A stretch of 64,000 nt of DNA from Lama glama (taxonomy: Eukaryota), in assembly GCA_028534125.1 (NCBI GenBank), contig CM052816.1, positions 80,230,001 through 80,294,000 on the forward strand. Direction: 5' to 3'. Under the pieces are notes generated by a model. The model worked only from the letters and a program-made list of their open reading frames with translations. It did no database searches and was not told where the DNA came from. Both the position numbers and the translations under genes were made by a program. Shown here piece after piece: positions 1 through 12,676 of the stretch; the first letter of the stretch is position 1; each line of letters opens with the position of its first letter.

Positions 1-1874
1 AGTGCATTAATTACCTGGAATGGTTCACTAGAATATAAAAGTCATGATAAAAATTCATGAGTAAAATTCTACAACCCAGAATAATGTCAAAATTTTTTTA
101 AAGATGAAGCAGGACTTAGGAGTAAGTGTTGAATATAAATCTGTGTGTTCTGGGACAGGTAAACCAGTGTGATAAATACACACAAGCAGTCGTAAGAGAA
201 GTGCAAAGTGGCTGTATTGTGACAAATACCTACTGTTGTACTTTGTTGATTCTGTATTCATTCAGTCCCCCTTTCTTCCTCCTTTTGGATATATTGTCTC
301 TTGTGAAACTACAACATAATGGCTTGGAACTCATCAAAGCCTTGCATAACTTGCAATCAAAGCAGAGACTCTTTTCTAGTAAACCAATTAAAAATTTTTG
401 GAACAAGTGTAAAATCATGCATTTCAGGGTCAAATGGATGGATGCTGTCCCTAACTTGGAGAAGAGAGGTCTCTGAAATTCTAGTGACAACAACCAAGTT
501 AGGTGATACACCCCAGAGTAGTTTGTTACCTAGAACCATGACCATTTGAACAGAATGACCAGATTATGAGGGGTGGATGTCAGGGGGCCAGGAACTCTGT
601 TATCCCAAGGCTGAGCAGCTGTCTCCCAGCTGCTGTGTGTTTCAGCGTTGAAGACAGATGCACGTATGCAGATTTCCCACTGCACATTGGAAAATACGCG
701 ATTTTCATGGGCATAACTGCCGCAGCATTGTGTCTGTCTCTGGAACTTTGATTTATTGGTGAAGGCTTCATGGACTTAGAAAACAGATGTGGACCACCCA
801 GCACTGACAGGGGTATAAACCCATGTCAGTGATGAATGTGCATCCTTACGCTCCTTGCTGTGAATTGAAAATCCTTCTACAGCAGGGACTGTGAGTCTGA
901 TCATGTTGACAATCTACCCCTCCCTCTCATGCCTGAGCCCCTAGGCAGAACATAGTTAACAATACTCTGGCCAGTTTAGAATCTACCCCTTGTATGTGAG
1001 TCCACGGATATTTCACACAAGGATCAACTTTGGCCTTGAATTCCTCATCTTTGCTGATTGACTTTTGTCATGGTATTGGCTGAGCCATGCCCCTACCCTG
1101 TCCATATAGTGAGAAGTCCCCACTATGTGTAGTCCTGGTGGGGCTCAATGCCCAACGTCCACTATAACACTTGAACTATAGAAGTTTCCACTTCTCCCCA
1201 CTCTTTGCTAGCCTGGAATGGGTGTATGTGTGGCTTAGAATCAGGCAAGACTTGAATTTGGAAAAAAGTGACAAAAAACAAGGGGTCAGTTAAGATTTAG
1301 TCATGGTGGCTTTACGGGTATCCAGGAGCAGACAGGATCTGACTCCAGGACAGTGACAGTACAGCCTTATGTTTCCTATGGCAAGATAACCCCTTAATGT
1401 CCTGTGTAGGACCCTCTATACTGCCTTCCTAGCATGTTTCCAGTCAATTGTGTGAATATTTCACAACTTCCCAATGAGAGTCTTTTCTGCCTAAGACATC
1501 CTGTGATGGTTCCCATTGCTTACTTTCATCCACATCTCTGATTGATACACATGCTTTTTGGTCTGTGTATGGTGGGAAACAGGGTGATGGTAATCAAAAA
1601 GGAGGAGGAGGGAGAAGAGAAAAAGGCAGAGGAAGAAGAGGAGATAAATAAAAATATCATGATGTACAGATGAAAACAAAAAGAAGACAAATTCCTATTT
1701 ATGAAATAGATGAAAAATTCAGATTCCCGCAGCTCTTTTAGGAGCATCAACTGTTGTCCTTTTTTTTTTTTACTGTATCTTTCCATGTATTGATAATATT
1801 CCTTATAAGTTATAGAGAAATCTGTTCCTTAATTCAGTCCAGAAGACCCTGGACAGATCAGGATTAGAATAGAC

Positions 1875-2076
1875 CGGGGTCTCTGGCCTAAGGACCTCTC
1901 TCTGTTTTTGTAAACAGTTTCTTCAGGACACAGCCATGCCTAATCACCCCCAGATCGTCTATGGCTGCTTTCAAACTGCAATGGCAGAGCTGAGGAGTCG
2001 AGACAGAAATTGTCTGGCCAACAAAGCCTGAAATATTTATTCCACCACCCTTCAGGGAAAAGTTTGCTGACCTCCG
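1875..2076 (+). mobile_element. MER58A-like hAT-Charlie MITE
   Basis: Matches recalled consensus (ctgtttttgtaaa...acacagcca...atggctgcttt...aaagcct.aaatattta...aaagtttgctgacc); degenerate 8-bp flanks gaatagac/gaacagaa. Confidence 0.8.
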
Positions 2077-3729
2077 GAACAGAACATCTGAATCTCTGGG
2101 AACTGCCTCTTATTTTTCACTCCTCACCTCCATGCCCCGCTTTTCCAGCTCAACTTTCCCCATGTTGAGGGCTAACCCAAGGGGCTGGGGTCCAAGTTCC
2201 CAGAGGACAGGAGCGAACCAGGGGGAGAAGATGGAAGTACTTCAACTCTCTGTCCTCCCTTCCTGGGGCCCCCGCTCTGGGGCCTCTGAGATGCTTCTAG
2301 AGCCAGAGTGGGGAAGCCAAGTGCTGAAGGGCACAGGCTAGTTAGTAAAGGAGAACCGAGGGCCAAAGCCAGGTCTTCCTCCACTTGGTCTGGTGCTGTC
2401 TCCGCTGTCACCTGTCCATCAGAGAAGCCTTGAAGGAGGTGGTGGGATTTGAATCTCCCTTAGAAGTCTGAATGAGATCCAGCCAAGCAAAGACCACTAT
2501 TTAATCTCTCTTTGGTACCTAAACACTGAAAAGCAGCATTTCGTTGTACAAGATACATTCCATACCACTCATTATGAAGCGTGAACATCGCTGGTGTCAA
2601 AGTCGGACGACCTACGTTTTAGTTCTAACGCTGCCACTGATTAGCTCTGTTACCTTGGGCCTTTTGGTTCTCCTTGTTCTGGGCCATTATTTGCTCAGAC
2701 ATAGAGGATGGGGGAGTTAGATGAAATGGGCTGCTGCTGGCTCTGCTTTTCTTAACAATCCACAGCCAGGATGCTCTTGCTGCTCACAAAACGTGTGCCC
2801 TCTCCACGGACACACATCCCAGCGAGGTGCATAAAAAGTGGCTGATTTTGCACCCAAGTTCATCCTCCACGGGGCCAGCCAAGAATGCAGTCATGGAGAA
2901 TAAGCATTTGACTGGCTTTGTGGGAAAGCCGGCAGACGGAAAGGACAAATGGCTCTGAAAGATGAGAGCAGCACGTCACACCAGCAGACAGGAACCAATG
3001 GGATGAGGAAACTCATTAGCGGACACGGCTGGTTAGACACTTGGTTTGGAATCCAAGAATGCCTTTCCTGTATGGCCTAGTTTAAGGCTGGGAATAAAGA
3101 AATGTATTTGGGACGCCAACCCCAGGTCTCCTCCCCTCTGCGGTTGGGGTGGAGTGTCTGGAATCAGCATTACTCATGTGGAAACATTTTGCTCTTAATA
3201 CCTCCAGAAGATCCTGGAACGAACGGGCTGTGGCAAACCATGAAAGCAAGCAAGATGGGGCTGCTCTATTATTTGCTGAACCAAATGATTAATTTTCAAG
3301 GTAGATTGAAAATTTTCTATGAGTTATTCCTTAGAATAGAGATTTATTCCTTCAGGAGGTTTGTGTATGTTTCTGCATAGAAAAGAAATCAATCCCAATT
3401 TTCTTAAATGCATCTTTGGGGAATAAAAGAAGTTAATGAAATATCTTTTAAAATCACATGAGGCTCCCAACCTATTTGCTGAACACCAATATCCTGTATT
3501 ACCTGAAGTTGATTTTAATGGAGGAAAAATTTCTCCAAACACTTAAAAAGAGAAGCAAGTTGTTTTTGTTGATCTGAAAACTCTTAACAGGTTTAATGAC
3601 TCAAATGCTATTTTTAATTGCTTACTCACTGGCAGGGAGTAAAATAAAATTCATATTGACCAGATGTTTTCTTTCTAATAATTTCCTCCAGCTCCATTCC
3701 TTTTTTCTATCCCTGAGCTATAATGATAG

Positions 3730-3915
3730 TTAGTGGGTGCCAGGCACTGTGCTGGGAAGAGAGAGCCTTACTACAGAACCGTTTCTTTTAATCTTCACCA
3801 CCACCATGTGAGACAAATATTATTAGCCTCATTTTACTAATGAGAAATCAGAGGCTTAGAAAGGTTAAGGAAATACAGCTAGAAAGTTGGGAGCTGGGAA
3901 TCAAACTCAGGTGGA
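3730..3915 (-). mobile_element. MIR
   Basis: gtgccaggcactgtgct...cattttactaatgagaaatcagaggcttagaaaggttaag core. Confidence 0.7.
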
Positions 3916-3941
3916 GACAGAAGCCAAAACCAATATCCATT

Positions 3942-4025
3942 TGTCCATCTGTCCATCCATCCATTCATCCTTCCATCCATCATTCATTCATCCATCTATC
4001 TATTCATTCACTCATCCAGCTGTCT
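3942..4025. repeat. Degenerate (CCAT/TCAT)n microsatellite
   Basis: tccatccatccattcatcc... Confidence 0.85.
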
Positions 4026-4230
4026 ATCATTAGCAAATATTTAGACAGGAAAGGTACATATCCTCTTTGTATGTTTCTTTTTAAGGGTGGGGAGTCCTTC
4101 CCCTAAGGCATTATGTTAGATACTAAAAATACAATAGTTGGAAAACAAAAGGTCTCACATGGAACATACAGAATAGTGAAGAGAACAATATTAATAAAAG
4201 AATGCAACAAACAAATATAAAGTTTAATTT

Positions 4231-4353
4231 GGGCGGGGGAGGGTATAGCTCAGTGGTAGAGTACAAGGTCCTGGGTTCAATCTTCAGTACCTCTATTAAA
4301 ATAAACAAATAATTAAACCTAACACCCCTCCCCCAACACACACACACACAAAA
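4231..4353 (+). mobile_element. tRNA-derived SINE (camelid type) with internal deletion
   Basis: A box TAGCTCAGTGG 4246-4256, B box GGTTCAATC about 4274-4282, A-rich linker, aaacctaa..cccc tail. Confidence 0.85.
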
Positions 4354-6059
4354 TAGCCTGTTAACTTGAAAGGTACTACAACGAAGAGATTTTATTACTC
4401 CAAGAACATACGAGAGAAGGAACTGATCTAGTTAAGGATGCCTGTTAAGTGGGGTGGGATATAGACTCCCTGTAGGAACAAATTCATTCCCAAAGCACAG
4501 TGGTTTAACAAATGAAGTTCACCGCTAACTAAGAGTACGAGTTTTATCATGGGTCTACAGGGTTCTCCTCCATCCCGTCATGCAGGACCCCGGGCTGACC
4601 GAGGCTCTGCTGTCACAGCCCCCATCTGGAACACGTGGCCTCCAAGGTCAGTGCGGGAGAGGAAAAGGAGGATGATCTCACTGGAGGTTTTCCAGGCCAA
4701 GTTCAGAAGTGGCTCACCTCACTGGTGTCCACTGACCAGATTCCAGTCACATGGTCCCAACTGGAGTGCAAAGGAGGCAGGGAACTGTCTAGGAAGAGGA
4801 TGGCGAGATGGAGATGCAGGGCACGGTTTCTGCTGTGAGAAGTCCTGGAAGGCTTCCCCGAGGGCAAGGGGACTGACACGCGGAGGAGCTATCCTGCCTC
4901 CTCAGGAAGGACCGGGGCTGCACAGACCGGGACAGGATTGCCCGGCCCTCTAAATCCCTCAGCTTCTTTCGAATTGGTTAATCTGAGCTCAGGCGGCTTT
5001 AACTGATCAGTCCGCGCATACTCTATTAATTCAGGTTATAGTTTCCATTTACTTATTCTACTAATGAAAGGCATTTTTGGAGTGTTTACTATGTGAAAGT
5101 TGCAGAGTAAGGCTCTGTACAATAAGAAACATGGCATTGTTATTTCCCTCAAGGATCTTCAATTTAGCTGAAAAAAGACAGATAGACAGAGTACTAAGTC
5201 ATAACACAACAAAGACAGGATTGTTTCTCAAAGGCCTAAAAAGCACAAAAGGATTCTCTCACAGAGCAAGACAGTCACTTGGCTTGAAGATTAGGTAATG
5301 GCCCACGGATGCCAACAAGGACCAGGTTCTTTATATCTTTCCATCCTGTAAATGTGACAATATTAAGGGGAAGAAGAGACAGAGAAGGCCCATTTCCTTT
5401 TTGTACATCTCTTTTTAAGATTGTGGAGTCCTTCCCCTAAGTAACCCAACAGACTCCTTTCACACTGGATTATGTCAATGTTGATGCCCCAAATAATCAC
5501 TGGCAAAAAGATGACACCAGTCCTGATTTACTCCCTGTAGCTGAGACTTCCTCAGAAAGAAGAACAAAATCAAGATTTTGTTACAAGATTTGTTAAAAGG
5601 AAGAAAGAGAATAATAGTCGTCAGACCCCGAACAGTGTCTGCCACGGAGATGATGCTAAGCGTGAAATGAATCGTTCAGACATTTACCATAACTGCAAGA
5701 GAACCCATTATGTTGATCGGAATAAGCCTGGCAAAATGTCTTAAAGAAAGACTTTGGCATCAGAGAAGGCTTTTCAGGCAAGGAGACAGTGACCCAGAGA
5801 GAGAAATGTATAAAGTTCATGAGCAATGGAAGGAAGTATCAAACTGGACTGAGACATCAAAGAAACTTAGCTTAGAGAAACTGGAAGAAGGAAAGTGAGG
5901 GGTCTCCACAGGCCCATCCCAAAATGCTTATCCTCCCTGGAGTATTTCAGGACGAGAAAATTCTCTTACAGAGCCTCAAGCATTACTGGATTATTCTTTG
6001 TGATTACCAAATGCACCCAGTTCTCCTGAGATATTTATTCACTTTTCCCAAATGACCCT

Positions 6060-6425
6060 TGTGATGATTAATTTTGTGTCACCTTGGCTAGGCTCTGGGG
6101 CCCAGCTGTTTGGTCAAACACCAGTCGAGCTCTTTGCTGCAAGGGCATTTTTAAAGATGTGATTAACATTTACATCAGTAGACTTTGAGTAAAGTAGACC
6201 ATCCTCCATAATGTGGGTGGGCCTCAACCAATCAGTTGAAGGCCTTAAGGGAAAAGACTGAAGTCCACAAGGAGGAAAGACTCAAGACTGTAGTTTCAAT
6301 TCTTGCTAGAATTTCCAGCTGGCTGGTCTGTCTTGTAGTCTGACTTGTCAGTCTCCACAGTTGCACGAGGTAATCCCTTAAAGTAAACCTCTCTATCTAC
6401 GTGCATCCATTGATTCCATTGGTTC
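6060..6425 (+). mobile_element. MLT2-type (ERVL) LTR
   Basis: tgtgatgattaatttt...agtagactttgagtaaag...ataatgtgggtgggcctcaaccaatcagttgaaggcctt. Confidence 0.8.
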
Positions 6426-7259
6426 CACTGGATCCATTGGTCAGAATCTTGCATTAGCCCAGCAAGATCTCTGAGAAAACAGCACTGGTCTTACCTTCAT
6501 CAAATGAGTGTCCTTTGCCTCAAATGACCAGGAGGATGGATTGGCCTGGTCCCTGCCAGGAAATGACCTTCCTAAGTGTCAGAGCCGCTCCTGCCTCAGG
6601 CTTCTTCAGCATCTGGACCAAGTTCATTAGGACTCTGTGGGCAGAAGTAAACCCGAGTATCTGAATGAGGAAAACGGGGTTGGGCTGACTAGTCCTGGGA
6701 GAGGTCGTTATATCAGTGACTGCTATGCAGTTAGCGAGTCACATGAAAAAGAGACTCAGATGGGGTCCTCTATGAATCCCCAGGTGTCCTGGATGCAGTC
6801 TCCAGAGGAAACAAGAAAGCTTTTGATTGTCGTCTGTTTGAAGTAAGAGATTATTAAGACAAAAATGAGATGACCTGAGTAAAATTTAGAAAAGGAGGAG
6901 CAGGCAGATCCACCTGGGCACTGGGTCTTCAGCGCTGCCCCGGGAACTTGAGTCCTGCTCCCCGTGGCAGGCTCATTCCTTGCGGGAAGTCCGGTGCAGC
7001 TCTTCTGTTCAAGCTATGCAGCTGTGTCTCAGAGGCAACCCGGATTCAAGGTCCTGCCCTGGAATGCTGCAACTGGGACTGCAAATTACTTGTCTCCACT
7101 TGTCAACCAGTAGGGGGTGCTGGAAAGTAGGAGGATCCCAGAAGACATTACTCTTTCCTTTTGCATGCTGTTTTTGGGTCAACGGAGCAATGGCCCTTCA
7201 CCCTGCTGGGTGTAGTAGTATCTTTCTGTATTCCCAGAATTAACCCTGACAAAAATACT

Positions 7260-7713
7260 GTTACTGAACACAAGTTCATGTGCATGACCTACAGTGAGGC
7301 CAAACCAACTGAAACGTCAGTTTGGAGCAGAGAAAGGTTTATTATAAGGAGAACAGGTGGCTGTGTGCTCAAAAACCCTGAACTTCCTGAAGGGTTTCAG
7401 CAAAGTATTTTTAAAGGTTGAGTGAGGGAGGGGGCGTCCCAGGGTGTGTGATCAGCTCGTGTGCAACCATCTGGTCGATGGTGAGGTAGTAGGGTTGTTC
7501 ACATTATCAATCCTTAGGCGTTAGTAGGCCTGGGGGCTCATGATCATCAAGTACTTAATTTCTTCCATTTGTTGGTGGTTTTAGCATCTGTAAACCATCT
7601 CAGGAAGTGTGCATCAGATACTATAACGTAGGTTCTTCAGAGAAGAGCTATAGCAGAAGATACGGGGAAGGGGTGCATCCTGGGAAAGCCCCACAGGGTC
7701 CTGCTCAGTTAGT
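7260..7713 (-). mobile_element. ERV1-like solo LTR
   Basis: Ends tgttactgaac.../...ctcagttagta; minus-strand poly(A) signal (tttatt) near 7338. Confidence 0.65.
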
Positions 7714-7952
7714 ACCAGTTTTAGTTGGGCTGTGACCCCTCCACAGGCCTTTGAGTCCCAGCTCTGCAGGGCCTCTTCCTTTTGCTTCTGAATTCTGGTA
7801 CCACCACCCTCTTCCCTCTGTTCTCCAGCTGAGGAGATGGTTGCTTCCTGTCATCACTCTCTCTGTGTTTAACCCATTCCTTATATTAAATTCTCTTTGT
7901 TGAAATAGCTGATGTGGTTTCGGATTTTCTGTTTGGACCCTAACTGATGCAC
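7714..7952 (+). mobile_element. Old ERVL-type LTR 3' part (LTR33-like)
   Basis: attaaattctct...tgttgaaata...ggaccctaactgatgca terminus. Confidence 0.5.
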
Positions 7953-8177
7953 AAGCTTGATGATACCAGCCATTAACATTGTGTAACAAATTTCATTTCT
8001 CACATAAACACACACACACACACACACTTTCATGCTTATTAGACATCTCTCTAATTAGAATCTGGCTTCTTTTGTAGATTTCTTACAGAGAGAATTTGTG
8101 TCCAGCAAACTTGTACAACAAGTATAGTCATTTGAGAGTTATATTTTTCATTACAGGTAAAAATGTTTGAATGCTGT

Positions 8178-8281
8178 TTTTTGGGGTTTCTTGTTTTTGT
8201 TTTAATGGAGGTACTGGGGATTGAGCCCAGGACCTCATGCATGCTAAGCATGCACTTTACCACTGAGCTATATCCTCCCCC
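8178..8281 (-). mobile_element. tRNA-derived SINE (camelid type), intact head
   Basis: Reverse complement gives GGATATAGCTCAGTGGTAAAGTGCATGCTTAGCATGCATGAGGTCCTGGGCTCAATCCCCAG; perfect TSD TGAATGCTGT at 8168-8177 and 8282-8291. Confidence 0.9.
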
Positions 8282-8347
8282 TGAATGCTGTGGGCTTTTT
8301 TGTTTTTTGTTTTTTAAATTTTTTCCTCTTTTGCCTGGTGGGATATC

Positions 8348-8445
8348 TTTTTTTTTTTTGTATTTCGTTATTTATTAAAATAATTTACAGAGGTGAAATT
8401 CACAATCCAGAAATTAACCATTTTAAAATGAACAACTCAGTGGCA
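8348..8445 (-). mobile_element. Short L1 3'-end fragment
   Basis: poly-T followed by gaggtgaaattcaca...aaattaaccattttaaa.tgaacaactcagtggca. Confidence 0.65.
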
Positions 8446-9780
8446 CTGAATGCTGGTTTTTAAGCATCGGTCTCTATCAGCCTTCTTTTGGCCATCAGGA
8501 CCCATCCATTCCTGGGACATTGGCAAGCGGTTTCCTGCACATGCCTAATGAGGATCAGACGCTAAACTGAATTCCACCACGGTGATGGCACCCTGATTAG
8601 CTGACCAGTTTCTCCCCTGATTTGGCCTCAAGTTGGTGCCAAGCAAAAACTTATTTGTCTTCAAATGGTGTAGCTGAAATTGACAGACAACAGGCCCTTT
8701 CTGAGCACACTATATTAATTTTTAAAAATTTCTTCTCAAATGAAACTTCTCTAAAAATAATCTGAAAAAACTTCAACATCAAGATATAAATGACAAATAC
8801 AGCTAAACTTACCTCATCTCAGGGAGTATTTTCATTTTATCTGCATTTTTATAAACCTCTAATTGGTTTAAATCAAAGGGACTGGGCCTTGAATTTAGAA
8901 TCTCGCAATTCACTGAGCTGAGTATAGGGAGGATTTTTCAGCAGGAAGGGGTAGGAGAGAGGTGGTCACACTCCAACTGCTCCTTACCGAAAGTCAAGCA
9001 AACAGACGCCTTCCTCAGCTACCCGTTAACTTGGCGCTGATACAAAGGTACGTTCAATCCCACACAGCTCTTGACTGTCCCTTGCCAGACCAGAGCCTAT
9101 CTCCTTTTGGCCAAGGCCACAGTGGAACACCCTGGGGGGGCCACAGGGCACCTACACATCTCACAACAGCCTCCTTTGTGAAGCTAAACAAATATTTGCC
9201 TCTGAATTACAGCGCTGATCTGCGGAGCTGAGTTTTCACACGTATTCTCAGTGTCTGCCCCTCTGCTGCTCACGGTAATGGCCAACATCCTGGCTGTACA
9301 CTTGGGGCGAACTAAGCAAGCCAGATTCAGGGGCTGTCCCAGTGCATCGCAGCAGCCAGATGCCCCCAGGCATTTGCTATGTGCTCTCACAGCCAGAGAC
9401 AGCTGTGCAGAACTGGGACTCGGGCCCCTTCCATGAGTTTGCCTAGGGTCGATTTCTACATTTTCTCAACACTCAGCCCACAGACAAGAAATGATGCCTA
9501 ACCCTGACTCACGACTTTGAGCAACGTTGCCAGAACATGTATGAAGTGAAACCCAAGTAAGATTTCATAATAATCCAAGGTTGAAAATGCCCTTCATGAG
9601 AAGGAGCCAGAGGACATGGACTGAGAGGCCCAGGACCCTTCTCTGGGCCAGGTTTGCTGCTCTCCCTCCATGAACTTGACCAATGGGCTTAATCCTTTTA
9701 GACTGCCATCTCCTTGCCTAGAAGATGATGGAGTCTGGAGTTTTTTTTTTTTTTTTTTTAACACTTCCTTACATACTTTC

Positions 9781-10227
9781 TGTATTGGTTTGCTGGGGCT
9801 GCCATAACAAAGTGCCCCAAGTTGGGTGTCTTAACAAAGGAATGTATTGTCTCATAGCTCTAGAGGCGAGAAGTGTGAGATGGAGGTGTCCACACGGTTG
9901 GCTCCTTCTGAAGGCTGTGGGGGACACACTGTCCCATGCCCTTCTCCTAGCTTCTGGTGGCTTGCTGGCCATCTTCCGCCTTCCTTGACGTGTAAATGCA
10001 TCACCTCGATGCCTTCATCTTTACATGGTGTTCTCCCTGTGTCTGTTTCTATGTCCAAATTTTTCCTCTTTATAAGGACAGAGTTGTATCTGGTTAGGGC
10101 CCACCCTAATGACCTCATCTTATCTTGATCATCTGAAAAGACTATTTCCAAATAGAGTCTTACTCACACAGGAGCTGGGAGCTAGGATCTGGAGGTCTTT
10201 TTGGGTGATACAATTCAGCTCATAACT
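9781..10227 (-). mobile_element. MLT1 (MaLR) LTR
   Basis: tgtattggtttgctggggctgccataacaaa...tagggcccaccctaatgacctcatctt...atttccaaata. Confidence 0.85.
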
Positions 10228-10525
10228 CTCTGACCCCAGATTCTTGTCCTGCCAGCTATGGACCCAGCTTTCTCTGCAGTCCGCCTGTCGCTGGTCATCT
10301 GCTTCCCTGCAGGAAGGCAGGAGGACAGATGGAGCAACATCCATGACTCCTTTTCAACTGTATAATACCGGGCAAATCACTTCCCATTCTGAGCCTCTGC
10401 TTCCTCATTTATAAGATGGAGACGATGGGTTCGCTGAGAGATGTCAGAGAGCTTAAGCAGAAAATTACTTGGCTGACATATGGCAAGTGCTCAGCAAATT
10501 AGAGACATTATTACTATTTATTCCT

Positions 10526-10724
10526 ATGAGTCAAGGAAAGGAGGGTCAGTGATTCCTAACCCTGATCACACATAGGAATCATCTCAAGGAGTTTAGAAAA
10601 CCTCTTAGTGCATGGGCTCCACCAGAGATTCTGACTCAATTTGTCTGGGATGGGATCCAGACTCTGATATATTTAGAAGCTTCCTGGTTAATTTTATTAT
10701 GTAGATGGGTTTGAGAACCACCAG
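10526..10724. mobile_element. MER5A-like MITE
   Basis: cagtgattcctaac...gaatca...cagagattctga...gtttgagaaccac. Confidence 0.7.
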
Positions 10725-12556
10725 AATAGACAAAAAGATGGGAAACACCAGTGGAAAGTCTCGATGCAGCTGAAAGTCAGAAGGGGTGGACTCGGAGCTA
10801 CTCAGCCAGCTGGTCCAGGCTGTGGGAGCTGCCAGGAAGCTCTTTGAAAACTTGTGAATTAGGTGACCTCGATTTCAGAGACGTTTCTTACTTTGTGGTC
10901 TCCCTGAAAATGTTTTCCAGGCCTCCCTGATGATGAAGGCGTCCCTACTGAGGCAGGCCCTGCCCTGGGCCTCTTCTCCCATGGCAATATCCCATCTTGC
11001 TCGTCCGCAAGACCTGAGAGCTGGCCTTCCCCAGCCTCCATCTCCAGGTCTGTTACAAAGTCCTCAGTAATAGTTGATGCCAGGTGATGGCTGGATGTGC
11101 TACCTTCCCCCCAGATATTTGCCCAAGGGCACTCATCACGGAACTCAAAGACTCCTCCAGTGGGGAAATTCTGGACACCTAAGGGTAGACTTATGAAATA
11201 AGGATGGCAGAGTTTCTGACACCCCACTCTGGGGGAGCTGCCTGCTTGGCGTAAACATGACTCCCAAGGTCCCCGCGTTTGTGACCTGGAGAGCATTCAT
11301 TTTACTGACTCTCTCCCTCGCTCCATCCTCTCCATCACAGCCTTTCTATGTATAAATGTGGGCTTGAGATGCAGCGGTTCTGGTAGTTGTGGGAGTGACA
11401 CATCTCACCTCAGGAGACAGCTCCTGGTTCCCAGGCCCCTTCGCTGAGTAGGGAGGGAGGCTGTGAGCAGTCCTCTCTCTAGCTGCTCCGTTACCTCCTC
11501 CTCGTCAGGCCAGGCTTCTCCAGGTTGGCTTCCTATGGTGCCACCCTTGTCCTCTGAGCGACACCCTGGCCACTCACTGCCTCTAAGTCCCAGGATCTCT
11601 TCTGTCCTCATGGAGGAGGCAGTGCCTTTTTGGTATGTGAGTGACGAGTCATATTAAAGGATATGGAAATAGAAGCAATTTTTAGTGGCAAAGCTACATA
11701 AGGTCTCTTAATTTATCATCAGGAAGAAGTTAGAGTGCTCATTTTCTCTTTGGCTGAATTCATAAGAATGTGGCAAGTTTCATAAAGGAAATGATAATTC
11801 TCTCCATCCTGATCTACTTGGAGGAGGCTGTTTTCTTTCCATTTCTTCAATTTTAATCAAGAATATGTCAGAAGGAAGAGTGGCCAGAGACAGAAAACCT
11901 TCTTTTAACACAAAGCAGGATTCTCTATCATCATCTGGTAATAAGCGACTTGGTCCACTTTGATCTACCTCTGGCTCCTGAAACTTCAGGGAAAAGGAAA
12001 TGAAACCTAGGATGGGGAAATGCTTTTGCTAAACCCAGAGACTCTGCACCTGATTCCAGCTTAGCGTTCTGGAGTCACCCAACTGCCTTCTGTGCTGGAG
12101 CCAGAAGGGGAAATGAGTTTCTTTAAGTGGCCTGCAGTGGGGAAATATTAACTGCACAACGAGGGTGCAGAGCTCCTTTGATTGCCCTGAACAGGTTCCC
12201 ACTGCCATTTCAGACGGAATTGATGTAGTTAAGCCCGAATTTCCTGGCAAGCCCAGGAGTCGGTTTTTCCAAAAGACATCTTAGACCGCAGAAGGCGTGG
12301 CCTTTCCATGTCTAATCGCAAAAGCAAACCACTGGACACATGCTGCCTGTTTCCAGCTGGTTGTGCATGTTTTCTCCACACTTTAACAAAAAAACGTGCC
12401 AAGGTGTGACATTTATGAACCCCACCAACTGGGAGCTGTGCACACAAATCGTTTTGCCTGTGGTGTGGGAAAGTGATGAATGGGGGCTGTTCTGCTGGCG
12501 GAGGAGGGCTGCTCTCCCTCTGGCATGCCTGCAGCCTTATTTATTACCCACCCAAG

Positions 12557-12563
12557 TATAAAA
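12557..12563 (+). promoter_or_regulatory. Candidate TATA box of C1QTNF3
   Basis: TATAAAA 120 nt upstream of the ATG, followed by a short CpG-containing leader; would place the TSS near 12585-12590. Confidence 0.7.
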
Positions 12564-12676
12564 CCGCCCGGCCGGCTGCAGCTCTCATCTCCAGCCTTGG
12601 CACTTGCCCGAAGAGACCACGGCGCCCGGAGCCCCAGCCGTCTTCTCCCAGAGGCTCTGTGGCTCTATTGAGAATC

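Noticed and set aside
1..900. Cluster of overlapping short ORFs as a possible gene or pseudogene
   Set aside because: No recognisable protein similarity or consistent splice structure.
4241..4290. tRNA gene
   Set aside because: It has A/B boxes but no full cloverleaf, plus a SINE tail; same for the three other copies.
6406..6440. Four degenerate TCCATTGG units as a possible repeat array
   Set aside because: Simple slippage at an MLT2 end; no spacer structure, so not CRISPR-like.
12473..12676. In-frame 68-codon N-terminal extension of C1QTNF3 (ORF 12473-13000)
   Set aside because: It starts upstream of the TATA box and would bury the signal peptide; ATG 12677 gives the expected 246/319 aa.
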